DNA from: Clostridia bacterium
GTDB lineage: Bacteria; Bacillota; Clostridia; TANB77; UBA1234
Assembly (NCBI GenBank): GCA_017462965.1
Contig: JAFTQC010000069.1
Location: forward strand, 4,277 to 68,276
Direction: 5' to 3'
DNA: 64,000 nt
Both the position numbers and the translations under genes were made by a program. The notes below the pieces were generated by a model, which made no database searches, had not been told where the DNA came from, and saw only the letters and a list, made by a program, of their open reading frames with translations. Below are positions 10,987 through 19,852 of this stretch, piece by piece (the stretch's first letter is position 1; every line of letters starts with the position of its first letter).

Positions 10987-11565
10987 ATGGAAATAATAAG
11001 TGTTATGATGACACTTATTATTTTTTTGTTTATAATTAGCTTCCTAATTATACTGTCTTTGGTTTATAAAATAAAAGCAAAAGCGCGAATAAATATTAAT
11101 GGTGGGAAAATCGATGTATCATTTGAAATAATGAATAAAAAATATAACAAATCAAAAGAATTAAATATTTATAATTTGTTTTTAGAAAAATTCTTAAAAA
11201 AAGAGGGTGCAAAAGACATAGATGTTCCTAAAAATCAATTAGATACGCTTTTTAAAGAAATTCGTGATGTTGCATCACTTGTAAAAGTAGAGACATTAAA
11301 CGCGTCTTTTATACTTGGAACGCCGTTTGTTGCATCGACGGTATTTTCTAATGTTATAGCTTCGACACTAATTCCAATAGCATATCAAAAACTATTTGAT
11401 GGTAGTGGAAAATTAATTTATAAAGTTGTTCCAGATTATAATGATTTTAAATTTAAAGGAAACGTGGAAATTTCTTTTTTTATAACGACATTCCAAATTT
11501 TATTAGTATATATTTGGCTAAAAAAGAAAAATAATAAGTATAAGAAAAAGGAGGAGAGCAGATGA
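10987..11565 (+). CDS. YtfI-like membrane protein (DUF2953-like)
   Basis: Hydrophobic N-terminus. Stop overlaps the ytfJ start by 4 nt (translationally coupled), as in the ytfI-ytfJ operon. Confidence 0.5.
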   Translation: MEIISVMMTLIIFLFIISFLIILSLVYKIKAKARININGGKIDVSFEIMNKKYNKSKELNIYNLFLEKFLKKEGAKDIDVPKNQLDTLFKEIRDVASLVKVETLNASFILGTPFVASTVFSNVIASTLIPIAYQKLFDGSGKLIYKVVPDYNDFKFKGNVEISFFITTFQILLVYIWLKKKNNKYKKKEESR

Positions 11566-12029
11566 ATAATCATCCAATAGAAGGTCTTATGAATACGGCC
11601 ATGAATAATTTAAGGGATATGATTGATGTCAACACTATTGTTGGTGAAGCGATTGAAACTATTGATGGAACGGTTATAATTCCAATATCAAGAGTAAGTT
11701 TTGGCTTTGCAGCAGGTGGAAGTGAATTTTTAGGGGAAGCAGTAGATAATTATAAAAAAGAGGGAATGGATGAAAACATAACATATCGTTTGCCGTTTGG
11801 TGGCGGAAGTGGAGCAGGAGTTAATATATCACCAGTTGGATTTATAATTGTCGGGGGAAATGAAGGAATGAGTTGTCCTAAATTTATTCCAGTAGATCAT
11901 TGCAATGCGCTTGATAAACTATTAGATTATGTTCCAAATATTTTAGAAAAAATAGCTCCATGTAATTCAAAGAAAGATTCGAAAGAATGTAATTGTGGTA
12001 GTGGAGAATGTCACAAAGAAGAAGAATAA
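11562..12029 (+). CDS. ytfJ: sporulation protein YtfJ (GerW family)
   Basis: MNNHPIEGLMNTAMNNLRDMIDVNTIVGEAIETIDGTVIIPISRVSFGFAAGGSE matches the YtfJ/GerW N-terminus. Bidirectional hairpin terminator at 12039-12063. Confidence 0.8.
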   Translation: MNNHPIEGLMNTAMNNLRDMIDVNTIVGEAIETIDGTVIIPISRVSFGFAAGGSEFLGEAVDNYKKEGMDENITYRLPFGGGSGAGVNISPVGFIIVGGNEGMSCPKFIPVDHCNALDKLLDYVPNILEKIAPCNSKKDSKECNCGSGECHKEEE

Positions 12030-12038
12030 AAAAGAAAA

Positions 12039-12063
12039 AACCTGGCATTTTAAATGTCAGGTT
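12039..12063. terminator. bidirectional terminator between ytfJ and the convergent acidic-repeat gene
   Basis: aacctggca...tgtcaggtt hairpin with an A-run upstream and a T-run downstream. Confidence 0.6.
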
Positions 12064-12070
12064 TTATGTA

Positions 12071-12439
12071 TTATTTTTTCTTTAATACGCTTACGATAGC
12101 TACGATAGCTACTACTATAACGATTGCTATAACAGCTGCTAAAACTGTACCGTTACCTTCTGTCTCTTCAGCGTCTGTTTCGTCGCCAGAAACTTCTCCT
12201 GAAACTTCACCAGAAACTTCTGTGCCTTCTGTTGTAGGCTCTTCTGTTTCATTTGAAACTTCACCAGAAACTTCTTCGTTTTCAACTACTTCTTCACCAG
12301 AAACTTCTGTTGTTCCTTCAAGAACTTCACCAGAAACAACTGTATCTGCAGCAGCTGTATCATCAGCTTCAGTAGCGAATACGCAAGAGATAGAGAACAT
12401 CATAACTAAAGAAAGTAACAATGCTATTTTCTTTGCCAT
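12071..12439 (-). CDS. small secreted/membrane-anchored acidic repeat protein (EVSGE repeats)
   Basis: Signal peptide MAKKIALLLSLVMMFSISCVFA, acidic EVSGE-type repeats, C-terminal TM helix plus KKK. Strong RBS (aggaggg) upstream. The overlapping + strand ORF starts inside the terminator hairpin and is rejected. Confidence 0.55.
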   Translation of the reverse strand: MAKKIALLLSLVMMFSISCVFATEADDTAAADTVVSGEVLEGTTEVSGEEVVENEEVSGEVSNETEEPTTEGTEVSGEVSGEVSGDETDAEETEGNGTVLAAVIAIVIVVAIVAIVSVLKKK

Positions 12440-12612
12440 ATTGAATCAGCCCTCCTATTAAAATTTGACAATTGTGTTTGAATAACTGTCGTGGTTATTA
12501 TATAATAATACATGTCCAAATGTCTACACTTAAAAGTAAAAAAAGTGAAGTTTCTTGTAATAATATGGAATACAAGGTAACATAATTAACAAATTTGCGA
12601 AAGGGTAATAAA

Positions 12613-13251
12613 ATGAGATTAAAAAAAGTAAAAAATGCAAAGGAAATTGTAGAAAATTCTGGATATTTTGTAGATGCTCCAGAAGAAAAAATTGGTAAAT
12701 GGAATGAAATTTTTGGAAATAATAATCCGATACATATAGAAATAGGAATGGGAAAAGGTAAATTCATAATAAATATGGCAAGGAAATATCCAAACATTAA
12801 TTTTATTGGAATTGAAAAATATGATAGCGTACTTGTGAAAGCAGTTAAACAGTTAGATGAGCTTGAAACAAAGCTTTCAAATTTAAAGCTTTTATTGTAT
12901 GATGCTGATAAAATTGAGGAAGTTTTTGATAAGGAAATTGAACAAATTTATTTGAATTTTTCTGATCCGTGGCCAAAAAGCAAACATGAAAAAAGAAGAC
13001 TTACAAGTCAAAATTTTCTAAAAAAATATGATAATTTATTTGTAGGTAAAAAGATAATTATTCAAAAAACAGATAATAGAACATTTTTTGATTTTTCCCT
13101 TCAAAGTATTGAAGAATATGGGTATACAATTGATGAAGTTACATATGACTTGTATTCGTTAAATGATGAAACTAATGTTCCTACAGAATATGAAGAGAAG
13201 TTTAATAGTAGAGGCGTGAAAATTAATAGATTGAAGGCTCATATAGATTAG
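12613..13251 (+). CDS. trmB: tRNA (guanine46-N7)-methyltransferase
   Basis: IEIGMGKGKFIINMA..NFIGIE..DPWPKSKHEKRRL motifs of TrmB. ATG at 12613 preferred over the upstream TTG. Confidence 0.85.
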   Translation: MRLKKVKNAKEIVENSGYFVDAPEEKIGKWNEIFGNNNPIHIEIGMGKGKFIINMARKYPNINFIGIEKYDSVLVKAVKQLDELETKLSNLKLLLYDADKIEEVFDKEIEQIYLNFSDPWPKSKHEKRRLTSQNFLKKYDNLFVGKKIIIQKTDNRTFFDFSLQSIEEYGYTIDEVTYDLYSLNDETNVPTEYEEKFNSRGVKINRLKAHID

Positions 13252-13274
13252 AATATTTTTTACAAAAGAAAGGA

Positions 13275-14555
13275 ATGATTTGTTTGGAGAATTTAAATCA
13301 AAAAACTCTCAAAATTATTGCAGGAGTAATAGCTTTTTTGATAGTCGCAATTTTAATATTTCTTGGAGTAACTGCGGAAAGACCTCCGAAAGAAGTTGAT
13401 GAAGGAATTGCGGAAATATTTAACAACAATGAAAAGATAGTACATCATAGTGGAGATATTTATTGTTATACGAATATTTTTAAGGATAACAAATGGACAA
13501 ATGTTTTGTTGAAGCTTCCAATTGAATTTGATGATTCGACGCCAAGAATGATTGTTCATGAATTTTCATCTATGGTAGAAAATATTAAGTTGAATTTTGA
13601 AAATAACAGACTTTTTTATATGTCTGGTGCGAGTACATATATGTATAACATAACACAAAATAGAATTGATAGGTTTTGTGAAGGTGAATTACAGTTTATG
13701 TGTGAGCCTAATTCCTTCGTGACGCTTACTGATGGTAATCTTTATAAATGCGAATATTATCCTGCAACTTATTTTACAAAAAATGTTACAAAGCTTGCGG
13801 ATGGTACTTTTAAGAGATATGACGAAGATGAAAATAGGGTGTACTATTCTACTTCAGCTGGTTCAAATTCACTTGTTGTTGCATTAGATAAGGAAACTTT
13901 AAATATTATTCTTATAGATAATTTTCCGACAAAAGATATGCAAATAGAAGATGTTTTGGTTACAGATAACTATGTATACGAATTGATAAAAAGTAATGAA
14001 GGACCTTTTGTGAAAAAAGTATCAAACAAATCAAAAAAGGAAAATGAGAAAATAGAATTTACGAAGTTGCCTATTAATGATGCAGAATATATCGAGTTTA
14101 TAGATTCAAAATACTCAAAAAAGTTAGAGCCTATGAAGAAAAAAGAGGACGACTCTTCAAGTGATGATTTGTATTTTTATGTGGGTGATTTAGAACTAGA
14201 TCCTAATGCTTATACGATTGGTTATATTGTAGCAAGTAAGGAGGCACATAAATATGATGAAGCGACAAATAAAGTTGCTTCATATGATGATAATACTTTT
14301 AATGAAACTTGGTTAGATAATTATTCATTGTTCCTTAATGGTGAAAATGTAGAATTGTATCACAACAACAAATATATAACTTCTGTTAAGACAAGCATAA
14401 CAGAGGATGTTAATTTGAAAATGAATAGTGTAAATATAATAGGAGATTATTTGTATTATGAATTTCAAATCTCTAATTCAACTAATACAGATACTGTTTT
14501 TGCTAGAACGATGAAAACAGGTGGAGTATCTCAAAGAATTAATATTCCAGAATAG
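13275..14555 (+). CDS. hypothetical membrane-anchored protein (426 aa)
   Basis: N-terminal TM segment. No motif recognised. Ends at the palindromic element 14570-14650. Confidence 0.5.
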   Translation: MICLENLNQKTLKIIAGVIAFLIVAILIFLGVTAERPPKEVDEGIAEIFNNNEKIVHHSGDIYCYTNIFKDNKWTNVLLKLPIEFDDSTPRMIVHEFSSMVENIKLNFENNRLFYMSGASTYMYNITQNRIDRFCEGELQFMCEPNSFVTLTDGNLYKCEYYPATYFTKNVTKLADGTFKRYDEDENRVYYSTSAGSNSLVVALDKETLNIILIDNFPTKDMQIEDVLVTDNYVYELIKSNEGPFVKKVSNKSKKENEKIEFTKLPINDAEYIEFIDSKYSKKLEPMKKKEDDSSSDDLYFYVGDLELDPNAYTIGYIVASKEAHKYDEATNKVASYDDNTFNETWLDNYSLFLNGENVELYHNNKYITSVKTSITEDVNLKMNSVNIIGDYLYYEFQISNSTNTDTVFARTMKTGGVSQRINIPE

Positions 14556-14569
14556 AAATTTGAAAAATT

Positions 14570-14650
14570 GGGACGGAGTCATCAACGGGGACAGCCCTTT
14601 TTGAGAGAGTGCTCTCTCAAAAAGGGTTGTCCCTGTTGATGACTCCGTCT
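14570..14650. repeat. A-module palindromic element (81 bp) serving as a bidirectional terminator between convergent genes
   Basis: gggacggagtcatcaacggggacagccctttttgagagag / ctctctcaaaaagggttgtccctgttgatgactccgtc arms. Confidence 0.9.
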
Positions 14651-14659
14651 TAATTTCCA

Positions 14660-16366
14660 TTATTTTATTTCAATACAATAAATTCTTTTTCCTCGAGTTC
14701 CGATAATAATTTTGTTATCATATATTGCTGGAGATCCTTCGATGTTTCCGCCGCCAGTGTTTAAAGTATATAATGTTTCACCTGAAAGCGGATCAATTAA
14801 AAGTAACTGTCCGATAGAATTTCCAAATATGACGTACGATTTGCCAGAATTCGAATATATCGCAACAGGTGAGCTCCAAGAATATTTTACTAAATCTTTT
14901 TCCCATATAACTGTTCCATTTGTTTTATCTAGTGCAACCATTTTCCCGTTGTAAAAGGAGGTTACTTTTGAAAAATTAAAGATTACCAAATTTGATATAT
15001 CATTTTTACCGATGACAGGTGAAGAGAGAACACCACCATTTACACTTGCGTCATATAGGCAATCGCAAGAATATTCCCATAAAACTTCGCCGGTAAGACC
15101 ATTTATTTTTCGAACTACGGCAGGTGACGTAGTTTTCCTTCTGTCAACTTCGCATGCTGCATAAAGCATAATAGTTCCATTTTCTTCTTCAAGGCCAAGT
15201 GTGGCGTCACAATCATCTTCCATTTGAAAATTCCAAATAGGAGTTAAGGTATTTAAATCTAGGCATTGAACGATTCCATTGTTGTTCATAAAATATCCAT
15301 AATTTTTATAGACAGCGAGTGCGTTTTCGATACCTCCGGCTTTGCCGTTGACAGTTGAACGGTATCTTGTAATATCAGGATTAATTGAAATCGTTCCATT
15401 TTCTTTGTCGTATGTCGTATTCAATTTAACAATATAAATTAAACCGTTTTCACCCGGTAACATTAATGTATCATTTTTTGAATCTATTATAGGATTGCCG
15501 TCAAATGCACCCCAGCCAAGATAAGCATATTTGTCACGACCGTTTATAAATAGCAATTCTTCACCAGTAATCAAACTAAAAATGTGATATCCCATTTGAA
15601 CTGATTCACCACTTACTTCGTTTATCCCTTGTCCAACATAAAGTAGAGGATATCCTCTAGGATCTATAGTAACACTTCCTTTAATAGAACTAGGAACAGC
15701 AATTGTGTCTCGTGTTGGTGCGCCAGTTTCTAAATCATAGAAATGAACTTTACTATCTAATGCACCATATATGACTTCTATAAAATTTTCCTTTTGTTTG
15801 AATTCGTCATACAAATTCATGTTTTTTCTTGTTTCATCATTCCATTTTATAATAGCAGGTTGTCCATTCCAGCCAACACCAGTCCAATTGTCAGTTTGTC
15901 CAATTGTGTTAGTCCAAATTTTTGATAATTTTTTCTCTGTAACATCTAATGAACCATAAAAGGCACTATCGCGATAGTTGTTTCCTCTAAAGGTTGTAAT
16001 ACCTTCGACTTGATTGTAAGTATCCGAACTATCTAGATATAAATTATTTGAATAAAGTGTGCCATTACTTGTTTGTATTTGATAAGTATGAGGAAGATCT
16101 GGAGCAACAACTACAGGAGGATCTTCAATAATATTATTATCATCGCCAGAGTTAGGTAACGAATTATCACCGGATATAATGCTTAAATCGCCACTTGATA
16201 TATCATTCTCAATGTCACCTGAACCATCACCAGAAGTAATCACAATATTAGAATTGTTTCCTTCATGTTTATTTTGAACAATTTTAACGTTAACTTCTTG
16301 AAGAATAATTAACGTCAAGAATGCAATAATTAAACAAATTAATATTTTCCAATTTTTATTATTCAT
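14660..16366 (-). CDS. PQQ-like beta-propeller repeat protein, membrane-anchored
   Basis: N-terminal TM. Repeated propeller-blade motifs (VIYGALDSKVHFYDLETG..., GTIVWEKDL..SSPVAI.., IIIGTRGKRIYCIEI). Confidence 0.65.
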   Translation of the reverse strand: MNNKNWKILICLIIAFLTLIILQEVNVKIVQNKHEGNNSNIVITSGDGSGDIENDISSGDLSIISGDNSLPNSGDDNNIIEDPPVVVAPDLPHTYQIQTSNGTLYSNNLYLDSSDTYNQVEGITTFRGNNYRDSAFYGSLDVTEKKLSKIWTNTIGQTDNWTGVGWNGQPAIIKWNDETRKNMNLYDEFKQKENFIEVIYGALDSKVHFYDLETGAPTRDTIAVPSSIKGSVTIDPRGYPLLYVGQGINEVSGESVQMGYHIFSLITGEELLFINGRDKYAYLGWGAFDGNPIIDSKNDTLMLPGENGLIYIVKLNTTYDKENGTISINPDITRYRSTVNGKAGGIENALAVYKNYGYFMNNNGIVQCLDLNTLTPIWNFQMEDDCDATLGLEEENGTIMLYAACEVDRRKTTSPAVVRKINGLTGEVLWEYSCDCLYDASVNGGVLSSPVIGKNDISNLVIFNFSKVTSFYNGKMVALDKTNGTVIWEKDLVKYSWSSPVAIYSNSGKSYVIFGNSIGQLLLIDPLSGETLYTLNTGGGNIEGSPAIYDNKIIIGTRGKRIYCIEIK

Positions 16367-16439
16367 AATTAAACCTCTTTAGTAATTTTGTACACAACTA
16401 ATAATACATAATTTGATAAAAAAAGACAAGAGCATTTCA

Positions 16440-16600
16440 GCAAGAGGGACGCCACTTTTTGAGAGAGCGTGCCATCAACGGGGACAGCCCTTTTTGATAA
16501 ATGTAAGAATTAATAGTAGTGCAAATTATTTTTACTTATTTATCAAAAAGGGCTGTCCCCGTTGATGGCACGCTCTCTCAAAAAGTGGCGTCCCTCTTGC
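16440..16600. repeat. nested 161-bp palindromic MITE-like element (A-module outer and inner arms around a 49-nt AT-rich core)
   Basis: Outer arms gcaagagggacgccactttttgagagagcgtgccatcaacggggacagccctttttgataaat and its reverse complement. An inverse copy lies at 25547-25712. Confidence 0.9.
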
Positions 16601-16634
16601 AATAAAAAAACCTCTCACCAAAAAAGGTGAGAGG
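16601..16634 (-). terminator. rho-independent terminator of the ABC exporter gene
   Basis: cctctcacc aaaaaa ggtgagagg hairpin preceded on the plus strand by aataaaaaaa. Confidence 0.75.
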
Positions 16635-16647
16635 CTGCTCATAAAGG

Positions 16648-18408
16648 TTATACCATGTTGACATGATAACTCATGTCGTTTTCGGAGTGTTCGAAGTGCA
16701 AGTGCATGGTTGCAACTTCATAGGCAATGTTCGTCTGATGCGTCGCGAAGAGTACGACCTTGTCAGTGCACATTTCTTTGATGAAGCGAAGAACCTGAAG
16801 ACCAATTTCATCGTTAAGGTTATTGGTTGCTTCATCGAACGCAACAATCTGAACGGTGTCGTCAAGATTCATCAGTGTGCGAGCGAGTGAGAGGCGCTGA
16901 ACCTGTCCGCTCGAATACTGATCGGTACCACTATTGTCCAGGAAAGCGAAGACATCATCGGTCTTTTCGCTGATTTCCTGATACAGATGCAGTCCACAGA
17001 GAATCTGGAGGAGCTTTTCGCGGTCATAATCAGCCTTGCCGAGCGTGATTTCTTTCAAGATAGAGTTGGAACCGAGCATAGTCTTGTCCTGATGAAGGAT
17101 AGACTTAGTGTTTCCTTCTTTTTCTTTCTCGATGTTCAATGCGAAACCATCAAAGTGAAGATTGCTAGTAAGCATCTTGATGAGAGTGCTTTTGCCAGAA
17201 CCTGTGGTTCCAGTGAGAACAGCAAAATCACCAGGCTTCATGCTGATAATGTCGCTTGAAATGAGTTCGAAAGGCTGGTTGCCGTTCGTTGACGCATAGG
17301 TGACACGGAATGCGGGCAGAGAGAGTCTCGACAGTCGAGTAACTTCGAGATCATCGTTTTCGGTTTGCTTTTCGTAAACCGCAAAGATGTTGTCAAAGTC
17401 ATTCTCATAAACCAAACGCTCTTCCTTAATTTCACGCCAGTTATCACCAATATAAATAAAACCGCTGATTCGACGAGTGAATTGAGAATAAATTGTGACC
17501 AACGAAATTGCGCTGACCAGAGTCTCAAGGTTCACATTCGCAAAACCAACTTCCCAAATCTTGAGGGCAAGAAGTGAGAGTGTGAAGAAGCTTGTAGCAA
17601 GGTTGCTGACCGTACGAATAAGATTGATGCGTCTTTGAACGGTTCGTTGCAACAGGAAGCTTTTTTTGCTTGCATCAACGTAGTTGTTGGTGATAAAGAG
17701 CGCATGCTCATTGCTTATGGGCTCAAGTAGCATGATGTTCTGTCGTGCTTCCTCAGTAATCATTCGAGCTTTTCTCTGCTGATTGCGATAAGTATTTCGC
17801 GTTTTCAGTCTGATGTTGCAGAAGAGCAACTCGAAGATAGAAGAAACGATGACCAGAATGATGAAGATGCCAGTGTGTTCAACTTCAAGAGTTGACACTG
17901 CCAAAAGACCAATGAACATAATAACGGCAGAAACAATGTCGATGCCGTTCCTGAGGAAAAACGTACGGATTTCCCAAGTGTTTGCGAGGAATTCGTGACA
18001 TGTCTTGAGAATCTTACTCGAAGGCATCTTCTCGTCGAAGCCTTGCAGTTCATTTCGGTGCTGGACTTTTCCCTTAACACGAAGCAGAACATCGGCTGCA
18101 TTTTTGGTCAGGAAAATGTCCTTGTGTTCTCTGAAGATATCTTCACGTTCTTCAACAAAGGTTCGAGTAAAGTTCTCGAGAGGGAACTTCACGTAGTGAA
18201 GCGAAATGAGCACCAGAGAAAGAACTACATGTCCTTCAATCATCGCATTCTTGCTAAACTGCAAGAGGAAGGAGCCGGCGTCCATCATAAGACCAAAAGC
18301 GAGATTGATCAGAGTCAGGATAATGAACTCCTTCAGAAGTTCACGCGGCATTTGGAGAAACGTGGAACGCTTATTCATAAAAAACCTCCAGTTGTGTGTC
18401 ATAACCAA
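16648..18408 (-). CDS. ABC exporter, fused permease/ATP-binding protein
   Basis: N-terminal TM domain plus C-terminal NBD. Walker A GTTGSGKST, signature SSGQVQRLSLAR, Walker B IVAFDEAT, H-loop FATHQ. Visibly GC-richer than flanks. Terminator 16601-16634. Confidence 0.8.
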   Translation of the reverse strand: MVMTHNWRFFMNKRSTFLQMPRELLKEFIILTLINLAFGLMMDAGSFLLQFSKNAMIEGHVVLSLVLISLHYVKFPLENFTRTFVEEREDIFREHKDIFLTKNAADVLLRVKGKVQHRNELQGFDEKMPSSKILKTCHEFLANTWEIRTFFLRNGIDIVSAVIMFIGLLAVSTLEVEHTGIFIILVIVSSIFELLFCNIRLKTRNTYRNQQRKARMITEEARQNIMLLEPISNEHALFITNNYVDASKKSFLLQRTVQRRINLIRTVSNLATSFFTLSLLALKIWEVGFANVNLETLVSAISLVTIYSQFTRRISGFIYIGDNWREIKEERLVYENDFDNIFAVYEKQTENDDLEVTRLSRLSLPAFRVTYASTNGNQPFELISSDIISMKPGDFAVLTGTTGSGKSTLIKMLTSNLHFDGFALNIEKEKEGNTKSILHQDKTMLGSNSILKEITLGKADYDREKLLQILCGLHLYQEISEKTDDVFAFLDNSGTDQYSSGQVQRLSLARTLMNLDDTVQIVAFDEATNNLNDEIGLQVLRFIKEMCTDKVVLFATHQTNIAYEVATMHLHFEHSENDMSYHVNMV

Positions 18409-18580
18409 TAGTGTAAATAAGTCGAGTGGTGAACAGAGAGACTATGGTTGTAATTACGTCGCTACATGCACATACTCCTTTCATTTTTCACAGTCAAAAA
18501 GACGACTGTTTATTTGGAAAACTATGACTTTTTAGTCGATAACATTATATCACACTTTTGACATTATGTAAATTCAAAAA

Positions 18581-18646
18581 GGACAAAGGGACGGGGTTTT
18601 TGTCCTTTTTTGGAAATTGGGACGGTTCCTTTTTCAAAAAATGGTC
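18581..18646. repeat. composite element: B-module (ggacaaagggacggggtttttgtcc) plus C-module arm (ggaaattgggacggttccttttt)
   Basis: Same modules recur at 21950-22046 and 39899-40033. Confidence 0.85.
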
Positions 18647-18667
18647 CTATCTATACGTGTAATCTGG

Positions 18668-18697
18668 TTGACAATAAAACGATATGGGTTGTATAAT
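18668..18697 (+). promoter_or_regulatory. sigma-A-like promoter of the Zn-ribbon protein gene
   Basis: TTGACA - 18 nt - TATAAT, then the gaggagg RBS. Confidence 0.55.
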
Positions 18698-18765
18698 TTT
18701 TTCGTTGCAAATCAGTGTGATGAGCATGGTTAGAATAAACTTTGCTAAGTAGAGGAGGAAGACGC

Positions 18766-19758
18766 ATGAACAAGGAAAGATGTGAACTTTGTAACCGTAT
18801 TTTGAATCCGGAGATTGCTCTTGGAGGAGCAGATTTTGCCAGATTTGGTCAGATTTGTCGGAAGTGTCTGGAAGACTTAAGAAGTAGGGATGAATATGCG
18901 TATGATGAACATGGGCATATGCTTACACCCGAAAAGAACAATTTTTCATTTTGGTTTCCTAAGGTTGAACATTGTGGGCTGAAAGTGCCAAAATCACTGA
19001 TATTCAACGTGCCTGAAGAAATTCAGAATCGTTTTTTCTTGGAAGGCGAAGATGATTACGAAGTCATTGATAATTGGCTTAAGGTGAGTGTACTTCCTGC
19101 TTTGAAAGAAGCGGATATGCATTTACTTTTTGTGAAGAATGCGACATTCAGTAATAAGTTTCTTGCGACGAGTTGTATGGCTACACAGCATACGCTTCTT
19201 GATGCGATTACTTCAATTAACTATGGAGCGTTGATGGTTGGCGCAGAAGGATTATCAGAATTTGTTGTGCGTGAACGCATTATGCATAATAGTCAAAGTA
19301 CACCGTGCATTTACCATGGCCTTCCTCTTAGGTCTGAATTCAGAGTTTTCTATGATTTCACGAAGCACAAGGTAATTTTTATAGAGAATTACTGGAATTA
19401 CGGCTATGTATTTCCGAATCTGCACGATGCTACAGACAAGATTGTTTTTGAGCACGAAAGAGAACGTCTTGAAAGAGAATTTGATAGCAGAAAGCAGGAA
19501 GTCTCTGAACTTGTCGCAAGTGCAATGCAGAATGTAGAGGGTTTCGAAGGTCCTTGGAGCGTAGATATTATGCTTGAAGGAAATACATATTATCTGATCG
19601 ATATGGCGCTTGCTGAAACGTCCGCGTATTGGACGAATAGACCTGGTTATGAACGAGTTCATGCGCGTGAACTCGAAGTACGAAACAGAAGGAGACAGCA
19701 GTTGAGACCTGCTGCTGTGACTAAGCTAGATCCAGCAATAGTTGAACTTCTTGAATAA
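18766..19758 (+). CDS. hypothetical protein with N-terminal CxxC...CxxC zinc-ribbon (331 aa)
   Basis: CELCNRI...CRKC at N-terminus. GC-richer than host. Sigma-A-like promoter TTGACA/TATAAT at 18668-18697, RBS gaggagg. Terminator hairpin 19774-19809. Confidence 0.55.
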   Translation: MNKERCELCNRILNPEIALGGADFARFGQICRKCLEDLRSRDEYAYDEHGHMLTPEKNNFSFWFPKVEHCGLKVPKSLIFNVPEEIQNRFFLEGEDDYEVIDNWLKVSVLPALKEADMHLLFVKNATFSNKFLATSCMATQHTLLDAITSINYGALMVGAEGLSEFVVRERIMHNSQSTPCIYHGLPLRSEFRVFYDFTKHKVIFIENYWNYGYVFPNLHDATDKIVFEHERERLEREFDSRKQEVSELVASAMQNVEGFEGPWSVDIMLEGNTYYLIDMALAETSAYWTNRPGYERVHARELEVRNRRRQQLRPAAVTKLDPAIVELLE

Positions 19759-19773
19759 TTTCACAAACTAAAT

Positions 19774-19809
19774 GGACAAGTGGGACGGAGACACTTGTCC
19801 ATTTTTTTT
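19774..19809 (+). repeat. B-module hairpin (ggacaagtgggacggagacacttgtcc) plus T-run, terminator of the Zn-ribbon protein gene
   Basis: 9-bp perfect stem with the GGGACGG loop core, followed by attttttt. Confidence 0.85.
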
Positions 19810-19852
19810 AAATGAAATATAATAATGGATATATTAAATTTTGGAGGCACAA

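Noticed and set aside
12054-12461. 135-aa + strand ORF opposite the acidic-repeat gene
   Set aside because: It starts inside the bidirectional terminator hairpin and has no RBS. It is a low-complexity mirror image of the repeat DNA. The minus-strand ORF has an RBS, signal peptide and anchor.
16663-18535. Sense/antisense small ORFs inside the ABC exporter gene (16663-16890, 16987-17259, 17995-18411, 18206-18535 and others)
   Set aside because: They are embedded in a gene with clear ABC motifs and have no independent signals.
18766-19758. ATP-grasp (graspetide-type) ligase assignment for the 331-aa Zn-ribbon protein
   Set aside because: The only support is a loose C-terminal resemblance. The E-x-N metal-binding motif is not present and no precursor peptide gene is visible, so it is kept as hypothetical.
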